Part shown: positions 17,863-26,733 of the stretch, piece after piece | How positions within the stretch are numbered: position 1 is the first letter of the stretch | Layout of the letters: each line of letters opens with the position of its first letter | Source of the DNA: Rhodospirillales bacterium | GTDB lineage: Bacteria; Pseudomonadota; Alphaproteobacteria; Rhodospirillales; Casp-alpha2 | DNA: 64,000 nucleotides | Direction of reading: 5' to 3' | Assembly (NCBI GenBank): GCA_038117205.1 | Contig: JAYOFL010000003.1 | Span: 4,007-68,006 of the forward strand | Made by a program: the position numbers and the translations under genes | Notes under the pieces: model-generated | What the model was told of the DNA's origin: nothing | Databases searched by the model: none | Seen by the model: the letters and a program-made list of their open reading frames with translations, nothing else

Positions 17863-18639
17863 TCAGCGAACGGCGAGAATGGCGTCCGCCACCTGACAGA
17901 ACCCCGCGCCCCTCGGCGACGCGGTGATCCAGGTCGGCAACGCCGGGCAACGGTCCTTCATTTCCAACAGATTGGCGACGCCGACGGCGTTCGGGAAATG
18001 CCCGAACATCGGCGCGTCGTTCGGCGAATCGCCGACGAACACGATCTTGGCGCGCGCGCCCTCGACGTCGAGTCCGAACGCCTCGTCCAGGAACCGCTTC
18101 GTCATGGTCAGCTTGTCGTAGACGCCGAACCAGCCGTTGACGTGGATTGAGCTCACCTTGGCGGTGGCGCCGGCGCGCTCGAAGGCGGCGACGATGGCGC
18201 CGATCTCGGCATCCGAAAGCGGCCCCACGTCCTCGGCGAAATCGACCGCGAGGTCGGTTTCCCGGTAGGCCTGATCGGCGGCGATGGATGCCGCCGGCAC
18301 CTCTTTCAGAATTTCCTCGGCAAGCCTCATCAGGCGGCCGCGCTTTTCCAGCCGCGTCGCGTCGTCGTCGACGTAAACCCGGTGCATGCGGCGGGCCTCG
18401 GCGTCGTAACGGAAGGCAAGCGCGCCGTTTTCCCCGACGACGCCCGCCACCGGCCAGGTGCGGGCGATCATGTCGCACCAGCCGGCCGGACGTCCGGTCA
18501 CGGGCACGACGGGAACGCCGGCGGCGGTCAACCGCTCGATGGCGTCGAAGACGCGGGCGGCGACCCGCCCGCCGTCGGTCAACGTGTCGTCGATGTCGGT
18601 CAGCACGCATGCGACGGCGGCGCGCGTCTCGGCCGGCAT
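17863..18639 (-). CDS. HAD-IIB family hydrolase
   Basis: The real protein begins near MPAETRAAVACVLTDIDDTLTD (DxDxT). An alternative GTG start at 18669 would form a GTGA overlap with the glpD stop. The 456-aa track ORF is an antisense-driven extension. Confidence 0.75.
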   Translation of the reverse strand: MPAETRAAVACVLTDIDDTLTDGGRVAARVFDAIERLTAAGVPVVPVTGRPAGWCDMIARTWPVAGVVGENGALAFRYDAEARRMHRVYVDDDATRLEKRGRLMRLAEEILKEVPAASIAADQAYRETDLAVDFAEDVGPLSDAEIGAIVAAFERAGATAKVSSIHVNGWFGVYDKLTMTKRFLDEAFGLDVEGARAKIVFVGDSPNDAPMFGHFPNAVGVANLLEMKDRCPALPTWITASPRGAGFCQVADAILAVR

Positions 18640-18665
18640 CTGCTCGAGCGGCCGTAGCTTGTCGG

Positions 18666-20201
18666 TCACGAAATGCCCTCGATGGCGGCGGCGGCTTGGG
18701 CGCGCTCGTCCGCCGACAGATGCAGTCCGACCTTGGTCCGGCGCCACAAAACGTCCTCCGGCGTCACCGCCCATTCGTGCGCCTTGAGATACGACACCTC
18801 GCGCTCGTAAAGGCCGGCGCCGATATGGCGGCCGAGATCCTGCGGCGTTTTCGCGTCGCCGAGGACGCGGTCGATCCGCGCGCCATGCCGGCGCGCCAAC
18901 CGATGCAGCAGCCGCGCTTCGAACGTCGGACGGTCCCGTTCCAGCACCGCCATGAAGGCGTCGAAGTCGGCACCCGCGATCTCGCCGCCTGGCAGTGGCG
19001 CGTCCGCCGTCCAGGACGGTCCCATTCCCGGAAACAGGGGCTGGAGCTTGGTCATTGCGGCCTCGGCGAGGGGGCGGAACGTCGTGATCTTGCCGCCGAG
19101 CACGGTGAGAAGCGGCGGCACCGACGTGCCGTTCGCGAGATCGAGGCGATAGTCGCGGCTGACGCGCTGTGCCAACTTGGCACCGCCCATGTCGGCGTCG
19201 TCGAACAGCGGCCGAACGCCGGAGTAGCGCCACACCACGTCCGACGCCTTCGGCGCCCGGTCGAAATAACGCCCGGCGGCGGCGATCAGGTAATCCGTTT
19301 CATCGTCGGAGATGGCGAGCCCACGGGGATCGCCTTCATAGGAGATGTCCGTCGTGCCGATCAGCGTGAACCGTTCCTCGTAGGGAAGCGCGAAGACGAC
19401 ACGGCCGTCGTCGTTCTGAAGGATGAAGGCGTCGTCGGCGCCGGCGATGCGCGGCACGATGATGTGGCTGCCCTTGACGAGACGGAGCTTCGGCGGTGCC
19501 GGCGGCGTGCCGTCGTTGCCGCGCAGATCGGCGAACAGCCGCGCCGCCCACGGACCGGCGGCGTTGACCATGGCGCGGGCGGCGACCGTCCGGACGGTGC
19601 CGTCGCGGCCGTCACGGAGATCGGCCAGCCACAACCCGTTCTCGCCGGCCCGCGCCGACGTGAGCGTGGTGCGGGTCCGGATATCCGCGCCCTTCTCCGC
19701 CGCCTGCATCGTGTTGGCGACGACTAGGCGGGCGTCGTCGACCCAGCAATCCCAATATTCGAAGCCCTTGCCGTAGGCGTCCTTGAGGGCGCGGCCGGAC
19801 GGGTCATCGGAAAGCCGCACCGGACCGGACCCCGGCACCCTCTCGCGTTTGCCGAGGTGGTCGTAGAGGAAAAGGCCGATCCGAAGCATCCACCCCGGCC
19901 GCATGCCCGGCGCCTGCGGCAGCAGGAAGCGCATCGGCCAGACGATGTGCGGCGCCGCGCGCAGCAGGACCTCGCGCTCGGAAAGCGCCTTGCGCACCAG
20001 ACCGAAGGCGCCGTGCTCCAGATAGCGCAGACCGCCGTGGATCAGCTTTGAACTCGCCGATGACGTGGCGGACGCCAGATCGTCGGCTTCGACGAGGAGC
20101 ACCTTGAGCCCGCGCCCCGCCGCATCGGCGGCGATGCCGGCGCCGTTGACGCCGCCGCCGACGACGAGCAGATCGAATATGGTCGCGTTGCTATCGGTCA
20201 T
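18666..20201 (-). CDS. glpD: FAD-dependent glycerol-3-phosphate dehydrogenase
   Basis: 511 aa with the N-terminal FDLLVVGGGVNGAGIAADAAGRGLKVLLVE...SKLIHGGLRYLE block typical of GlpD. Confidence 0.9.
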   Translation of the reverse strand: MTDSNATIFDLLVVGGGVNGAGIAADAAGRGLKVLLVEADDLASATSSASSKLIHGGLRYLEHGAFGLVRKALSEREVLLRAAPHIVWPMRFLLPQAPGMRPGWMLRIGLFLYDHLGKRERVPGSGPVRLSDDPSGRALKDAYGKGFEYWDCWVDDARLVVANTMQAAEKGADIRTRTTLTSARAGENGLWLADLRDGRDGTVRTVAARAMVNAAGPWAARLFADLRGNDGTPPAPPKLRLVKGSHIIVPRIAGADDAFILQNDDGRVVFALPYEERFTLIGTTDISYEGDPRGLAISDDETDYLIAAAGRYFDRAPKASDVVWRYSGVRPLFDDADMGGAKLAQRVSRDYRLDLANGTSVPPLLTVLGGKITTFRPLAEAAMTKLQPLFPGMGPSWTADAPLPGGEIAGADFDAFMAVLERDRPTFEARLLHRLARRHGARIDRVLGDAKTPQDLGRHIGAGLYEREVSYLKAHEWAVTPEDVLWRRTKVGLHLSADERAQAAAAIEGIS

Positions 20202-20217
20202 GGGTTTCGTTTCGATT

Positions 20218-20970
20218 TCAGGCGACGACGACCTCGACCTCGTGCTGGCCGAGAATCCGAGAAATGCCGGCCGGTGGCGCCCGGTCGGTGAAGATGGCGT
20301 CGACGTACGAGACGTGTCCGACGCGCACCACGCCGTCGGCCTCGAACTTCGAATGGTCGAGCGCGACGAAGCGGCGTTTGGCGATCGAGAACGCCGTCGA
20401 GGTCACGCCGATGTCACGGAAATCAAAGTCGAGCATCTCGCCGTCCTCGTCGATGGCACCGATGCCGAAGATGCCGAAGCCGACGCGGAACCGCTCCAGG
20501 AACTCGCGCGTCGCCTCGCCCGTCGTCGAATGGTCGCGATGCCGGAGCACGCCGCCGGCAAGCAGGATCTGAAACTCGGCCCGGCGGCTGAGGATCGTCG
20601 CGACGCTCAGGTGATTGGTGATGATGGTGAGCCGTTCGTGTCCAAGCAGGGCCTCGGCGACGGCCTCCATGGTGGTGCCGATGTCGATGAACACCGTGGC
20701 GTTCTCGGGAATGCGCGCCGCCACCTGGCGGGCGATGCGGCGCTTTTCCTCGGCGAAACGGAACTTGCGGTTTTCGTAGTCGACGTCCGACGGGCCGTGC
20801 GGCAGGCCGGCGCCGCCATGATACTTGGTGACGAGCCCCTGGCGTTCCAGTTGCATGAGGTCACGCCGGACGGTCTGCTCCGACACCTGGAACGATTCCG
20901 CGAGACCGCCGATGGATACGAAGCCCCTCTCGCGCAACAACGCGAGGATTTCCTCGTGCCGCGCCGTCAT
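20218..20970 (-). CDS. glpR: DeoR-family transcriptional repressor (GlpR-like)
   Basis: MTARHEEILALLRERGFVSIGGLAESFQVSEQTVRRDLMQLE is a DeoR HTH, followed by a sugar-phosphate sensor domain. Adjacent to glpD. Confidence 0.8.
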   Translation of the reverse strand: MTARHEEILALLRERGFVSIGGLAESFQVSEQTVRRDLMQLERQGLVTKYHGGAGLPHGPSDVDYENRKFRFAEEKRRIARQVAARIPENATVFIDIGTTMEAVAEALLGHERLTIITNHLSVATILSRRAEFQILLAGGVLRHRDHSTTGEATREFLERFRVGFGIFGIGAIDEDGEMLDFDFRDIGVTSTAFSIAKRRFVALDHSKFEADGVVRVGHVSYVDAIFTDRAPPAGISRILGQHEVEVVVA

Positions 20971-21031
20971 CTTCGATCTTGGGATTACCTGCTGCAACTA
21001 TCTCTCCCCCCGGAGCGCGTCGTTCGTGCCG

Positions 21032-21358
21032 TCACAGGCTCGTGCCGTTCTTCGGCAACTTGCCGGCAATCCCGAGCGCCGCTTCGCGTTGGCGCATCTC
21101 GTGCCAGATTTCCGACGGATTGATTCCCATCGACGCCAGCAGGACGACCCAGTTGTAAATCATGTCGACGGATTCGCGGATCACGCCGTCCCGGTCGCCG
21201 GCGACGGTGTCGAGGGAGACCTCGGCCGCTTCCTCGACCAGCTTCTTCGCGATCTTGAGACGCCCGTCAGCGAATAGTTTGGCCGTCCGCGATTCCTTCG
21301 GATCCTCGCCGCGCGCGATCAGAACCGCCTCGTAGAGTTTCTCGATGGTGTTTTCCAT
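21032..21358 (-). CDS. hisE: phosphoribosyl-ATP pyrophosphohydrolase (stand-alone HisE type)
   Basis: 108 aa. The TAKL..G..KIAKKLVEEAAE...GDRD...ESVDMIY pattern matches alphaproteobacterial HisE as I remember it. Confidence 0.65.
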   Translation of the reverse strand: MENTIEKLYEAVLIARGEDPKESRTAKLFADGRLKIAKKLVEEAAEVSLDTVAGDRDGVIRESVDMIYNWVVLLASMGINPSEIWHEMRQREAALGIAGKLPKNGTSL

Positions 21359-21401
21359 TTACCGTCTCGTTTTCGCTTCCACGGAAGGAATGTCGGGGTT
21401 C

Positions 21402-23120
21402 TCAGAACGTTTCCGGCAACCCACGCACCGGCGCCGGCCGCGTGTCGTGATGTTCCATCGCGTCGGACACCAGCCGGCTTTCCGTCAGCTCGCCGGCCCG
21501 CTCCAGGATCGGATAGGCGACCGACGTCAGGTGGCTGTTGATGCGCTTCAAGTCGCGGAGCACGTCGAGATGCAACGCGCTGGAATCGATCGAGTCCGGC
21601 ATGCCGTTGCTGACCCGCATGAAATGGCTCTCCACGTAGTCCCGCTCGAGGTCGCGGATCGCCACCTTTTCACGCAGCAGCTTCCGCGCCAGTTCGAGAT
21701 CGCCCGACATGAAGACGTTCAATGCCAGATCGAGGTTGGCGAGGATGCGCTTGTGGAAGATTTCCAGCTCCTTGAAGCCGGCTGGCGAGAAGCTCGCCTT
21801 GCGCTTGATCTTCTTCGCCGCCAGTTCCATCAGGTTCTTGTCGATGATGTCGCCGATGTGTTCGAGGTTGGTGGTGAAACCCAGGACCTCGATGCTCCGC
21901 TCGCTCTCGCGGCGGTCCATCTCTCTCTTGGTGAGACGCGTCAGGTAGAGCTTGATCGCCTCGTGCAGACGGTCGATCACGTCGTCGGATTTCTCGATCC
22001 CCTGCACGACCTTGCTGTCGTTGCTCTGGAACACCTCGAGGGTGCGCGCCAGCATCTTGCGGACCTCGTCGCCCATACGGAGCGTCTCGCGCCCTGCGCA
22101 GGCCAGCGCGACGGCCGGCGTGTCGAGCGAATTCGGATCGAGATACATGGGCCGGCCCGGATCGTCGGCTTCGCTGACGTCCGGCATGATGCGCTTGGTC
22201 AGCGCGTCGACGGCGCCGACCAGCGGCAGGAAGACCAGTGCCAGGCCGATGTTGAAGGCGGTGTGGAAGTTGGCGACCATCCTGGCCGGCGCGTCGTCGG
22301 CGAGCGAAATGTAGGGATGCACCCACGGGATCGCCGACAGGAGGACGATGACGCCGGCGCACCGCATCAGGAGATTACCGAGCGTGACGCGCCTAGCCGC
22401 CGGCGGCGCGCCGAGGGTGGCGACGAAGGCCGTGATGGCACCGCCCAGGTTCGCACCCAGCACCAGCGCGAACGCCAGTTGCAGATTGAGCACGTGGATC
22501 GAAGCCAGGGAAACCACCACCAGCACCATGGCGACGCTGGAATGCGCCGCCCAGGTGATGAGGGCGGCGACCAGCACCGCCAGCATCGGCTCGTCGGTGA
22601 GCGGACCGACGAACAGCGACATGTGCTCCGCCTGACGCAGCGGCGCCGACGCCAGCATGATCAGTTTCAGGGCCAGCAGCATCAGCCCGAGGCCGATGGC
22701 GGTACGGGCGAAGTTGCGGCGCTGGCTCGCTTCCGACGACGTGAACAGAATGACGCCGAAGGCGATCAGGAGGGGCGACAGCCAGCGGAGGTCGAGGGAC
22801 AGCACCTGCACCACCAGCGTCGAGCCGATATCGGCGCCGAGCATGATGGCGAGGGCGGCGGCGCCGGCGATCATGCCCCGGCCGGCGAAGGACGACACCA
22901 TCAGGGCGGCGGCGGTCGAACTTTGGATGGCGGCGGTGACGCCAAGCCCGGTCGCCAAGGCGACCAGCCTGTTTTTCGCCGAATACGACAGCGCCCGACG
23001 CAGTTCGGCGCCGAAGGACCGGTTGATTCCGGTCCGAACCATGCGAATCCCCCAGAGAAGCAGGGCGATTCCACCGATCATGTTGATGATGGTGTCCAAC
23101 GGCAGTCTCCAATCCGGCAC
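21402..23120 (-). CDS. Na+/phosphate cotransporter family protein with C-terminal PhoU-like domains
   Basis: 572 aa. The N-terminal duplicated Na_Pi_cotrans region (LLLWGIRMVRTGINRSFG, AAIQSSTA) is followed by a soluble helical PhoU-like half. Confidence 0.85.
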   Translation of the reverse strand: MPDWRLPLDTIINMIGGIALLLWGIRMVRTGINRSFGAELRRALSYSAKNRLVALATGLGVTAAIQSSTAAALMVSSFAGRGMIAGAAALAIMLGADIGSTLVVQVLSLDLRWLSPLLIAFGVILFTSSEASQRRNFARTAIGLGLMLLALKLIMLASAPLRQAEHMSLFVGPLTDEPMLAVLVAALITWAAHSSVAMVLVVVSLASIHVLNLQLAFALVLGANLGGAITAFVATLGAPPAARRVTLGNLLMRCAGVIVLLSAIPWVHPYISLADDAPARMVANFHTAFNIGLALVFLPLVGAVDALTKRIMPDVSEADDPGRPMYLDPNSLDTPAVALACAGRETLRMGDEVRKMLARTLEVFQSNDSKVVQGIEKSDDVIDRLHEAIKLYLTRLTKREMDRRESERSIEVLGFTTNLEHIGDIIDKNLMELAAKKIKRKASFSPAGFKELEIFHKRILANLDLALNVFMSGDLELARKLLREKVAIRDLERDYVESHFMRVSNGMPDSIDSSALHLDVLRDLKRINSHLTSVAYPILERAGELTESRLVSDAMEHHDTRPAPVRGLPETF

Positions 23121-23148
23121 GCGCGGAACGCCGACCGCCCCACGCGGA

Positions 23149-23166
23149 ATGTAAGATATCTTACAA
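23149..23166. promoter_or_regulatory. ATGTAAG-ATAT-CTTACAA element (core TGTAAGATATCTTACA is a perfect 16-bp palindrome)
   Basis: Lies 29 nt upstream of the Na/Pi cotransporter start and 185 nt upstream of the transglutaminase operon. It uses the same half-sites and 7+4 geometry as the phnD upstream array. Confidence 0.4.
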
Positions 23167-23350
23167 AAATTGGAGGATTTCGCAAATCATTCGCGACGAA
23201 AATCGGTGATTTTCCCCGCCGCCGCCGCAATGCCGCTATTCCGAAACCGGCATAGGAAGAACGATCGCGAACGTGTAGGCTACCACGAAATCGCTCTGAA
23301 ATCAGACCCCGATTCGCAGTGCAGGCGCAGAAAGGTCCGTTAGTTTTCCC

Positions 23351-26300
23351 ATGAGCATACACGTCGCCCTCCACCACAAGACGAGCTACGTCTACGACCG
23401 TCGCGCCCAGTTGAGCCCGCAGGTCGTCCGCCTCCGCCCGGCACCGCATTGCCGGACACCGGTTATCAGTTACGCGCTGAAGATTTCCCCGGACGGATAC
23501 TTCATCAACTAGCAGCAGGATCCGCACGGCAACTACCAGGCCCGCATCGTCTATCCGGAGCCGGTCCCGCATTTCACGGTAGAGGTCGACCTGGTCGCCG
23601 ATCTGTCGGTGCAGAACCCGTTCGACTTCTTCCTCGAGCCGGACGCGGAGGAGTTTCCGTTCGCCTATTCGGACGATTTGCGCCGAGAACTCGAACCCTA
23701 TCTGGCGGCCGATCCCGCCGGCCCGCTTTTGACGGCGTGGATGAACGCCCTGCCGCCGCGGCAGGGCCGGACGGTCGAATATCTGGTCGAACTCAACCGC
23801 CGTCTGCACGCCGACATCGAATATCTGATCCGCATGGAGCCCGGCGTGCAGTCCTGCGAGGAGACCCTCGGAAGGCGCAAGGGCTCGTGCCGGGATTCCG
23901 GCTGGCTGCTGGTCGAGATTCTGCGGCATCTCGGCTTCGCAGCCCGGTTCGTGTCGGGCTATCTCATCCAGCTCAAGGCCGACGTGAAATCCCTCGACGG
24001 CCCGTCTGGCGCCGAGACCGACTTCACGGACCTGCACGCCTGGACCGAGGTCTATCTGCCGGGCGCCGGCTGGATCGGGCTCGACCCGACGTCGGGCCTG
24101 CTCGCCGGCGAGGGGCACATCCCGCTCGCCGCGACGCCCCGCCCGCAAAGCGCGGCGCCGATCACCGGCGCCGTCGAGAAATGCGAAGTCACGTTCGATT
24201 TCGACATGGCGGTGACGCGCATCCACGAGACGCCGCGTGTCACGCTCCCCTACACCGAGGAACAATGGCAGGCCATCGACCGGCTCGGGCATGCCGTCGA
24301 CGAGGAACTCGCCAAGGGCGACGTCCGCCTGACGCTTGGCGGCGAGCCGACGTTCGTTTCCATCGACCACGTCGACGCGGCGGAATGGAATACGGCCGCC
24401 GTCGGTGAAACCAAGCGCGCGCTCGCCGACGACCTGATCCGCCGGCTGCGCGACAAGTTCGCGCCGGACGGCCTGCTGCACTACGGCCAGGGGAAATGGT
24501 ATCCGGGCGAGCAGCTGCCGCGCTGGGCGTTCGCGCTTTATTGGCGGAACGACGGCGTGCCGCTCTGGCGCGACGTCAACATGATCGCCAAGGAAGACGT
24601 GGACAACGCGCCCGGCATCGAAGCCGCGGAAACCTTCGCGCGCGGCATCGCCCGGCGGCTGGAAATCAACGAGGAGGCGGCGACGCCGGCCTTCGAGGAC
24701 ACCTGGCATTTCCTGGAAAAGGAGCGCCGGCTCCCGGAAAACATGGATCCGACGGACCCCAAGCTCGACGATCCGCTGGAACGTGCCCGCCTGATCCGCG
24801 TTTTCGAGCACGGGCTCAGTCATCCGACCGGCTATGTGCTGCCGGTGCAGCGGTGGAACGCGCGGGACGGCAAGCGCCGCTGGTATAGCGAGCCGTGGTC
24901 GGTCCGCAGCAAGCACCTGGTCCTGATCCCGGGCGATTCGCCGGTCGGCTTCCGGCTGCCGCTGCCGTCGCTGCCGCACATTCCGGAGGTCGACTATCCC
25001 TACGTCATTCCGGCCGATCCGTTCGCCGAACGCGGCGATCTGCCGGAACCCGACGCGATGCGCCAGCCTTACCTGCAAGGCCATGAGCATCCGGCGAGCG
25101 ACCGGCAGACCATAACCGAACAGTCGCTCAAGGGACGGCACGTCCGCGCCGCCATGACCATCGAGCCGCGCGACGGCCGGCTCTGCGTCTTCATGCCGCC
25201 GACCGAAACGCTCGAGGATTACCTCGATCTGATCGCCGCCATCGAGGACGCGGCCGCCGAGACGAAGCTGCCGATCCATATCGAAGGATATTCGCCGCCG
25301 CACGATCCGCGCCTGAACGTCATCAAGGTGACGCCGGACCCGGGCGTCATCGAAGTCAACATCCAGCCGGCGTCGAACTGGCGGGAAATGGTCGAGATCA
25401 CGACCACCATCTACGAGGAAGCGCGGCTCAGCCGCCTCGGCACCGAGAAATTCATGCTCGACGGACGGCACACCGGTACCGGCGGCGGCAATCATGTCGT
25501 CGTCGGCGGCAAGACGCCGACGGACAGCCCGTTCCTGCGCCGGCCCGATCTCCTCCGGGGCCTGATCACCTATTGGCAGCAGCACCCGAGCCTGAGCTAT
25601 CTGTTCTCGGGGCTGTTCATCGGCCCGACCAGTCAGGCGCCGCGCATCGACGAGGCGCGGCACGACGGCCTCTACGAACTCGAGATCGCCTTCAACGAAA
25701 TCCCCGAAGCCGGCGAAGCCTGTCCGCCGTGGCTGATCGACCGGGTTCTCCGCAACATCCTGATCGACGTCAGCGGCAACACGCACCGGACGGAAATCTG
25801 CATCGACAAGCTGTATTCGCCGGACGGTCCGACCGGACGGCTCGGGCTGGTCGAATTCCGCGCCTTCGAGATGCCGCCGCACGCGCGCATGAGCCTGACG
25901 CAGCAGTTGCTGCTGCGCGGCCTGATCGCCCGGTTCTGGAAGACCCCCTATCGCGGACGCCTGACCCGCTGGGGAACCTCGCTGCACAACCGCCTCATGC
26001 TGCCGCACGCGGTGTGGGAGGATTTCGATGGCGTCATCGACGAGATGCGCGACGCCGGCTTCCCGTTTCAAGCCGAATGGTTCGCGCCGCATTTCGAATT
26101 CCGCTTCCCGCGGTACGGATGCGTCCGCTACCGCGGCATCGAGATCGAGCTGCGCCAGGCGCTGGAGCCCTGGCACGTGATGGGCGAGGAAGGCGCCGTC
26201 GGCGGTACCGTCCGGTTCGTCGATTCGTCCGTCGAGCGTCTGCAGGTCCGCGTTACCGGCGCGACCGATGGCCGTTACACGGTCGGCTGCAACGGCTACC

Positions 26301-26644
26301 AGGTGCCGCTCAGCGGCACCGGGGTGCAGGGCGAATCGATTGCCGGCGTCAGGTTCCGCGCCTGGCAGCCCGGCTCGTGCCTGCATCCGACCGTCGGCGT
26401 GCATACGCCGCTGACTTTCGACCTTTGCGATACATGGACCGGCCGCGCTGTCGCCGGCTGCACCTACCACGTCGCGCACCCCGGCGGCCGCAATTTCGAG
26501 CACTTCCCCGTCAATTCCTACGAGGCGGAAAGCCGCCGCCTGGCGCGGTTCTTCGATACCGGCCATTCGCCGGGCAGCGTGCCGCCGCCGACGCCGGTGG
26601 AAAACGCCGAGTTTCCGATGACCCTCGACCTGCGGCGGACATGA
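23351..26644 (+). pseudogene. large transglutaminase-like / DUF2126 (putative amidoligase) protein interrupted by one in-frame TAG at 23510-23512
   Basis: ATG 23351 gives [65 protein letters not shown], in frame with the 1011-aa track ORF. The transglutaminase triad context is present ([31 protein letters not shown]), followed by a long DUF2126-like C-terminus. The full frame is about 1097 codons. Confidence 0.8.
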
Positions 26645-26733
26645 CACGTGATTCTTTCTCTGAATCGCATTGGCTCGGTGCGGGCCGCTAGCGTATTCTG
26701 GTTGCTGTACGCGCGTGCGGTGGAGACTTGCGG

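Noticed and set aside
23510-23512. TAG as a pyrrolysine codon or other programmed recoding site
   Set aside because: No pyl genes are present in the window, and pyrrolysine is not expected in this lineage. The position corresponds to a conserved Trp, one transition away from TAG, so a mutation or a sequencing error is far more likely.
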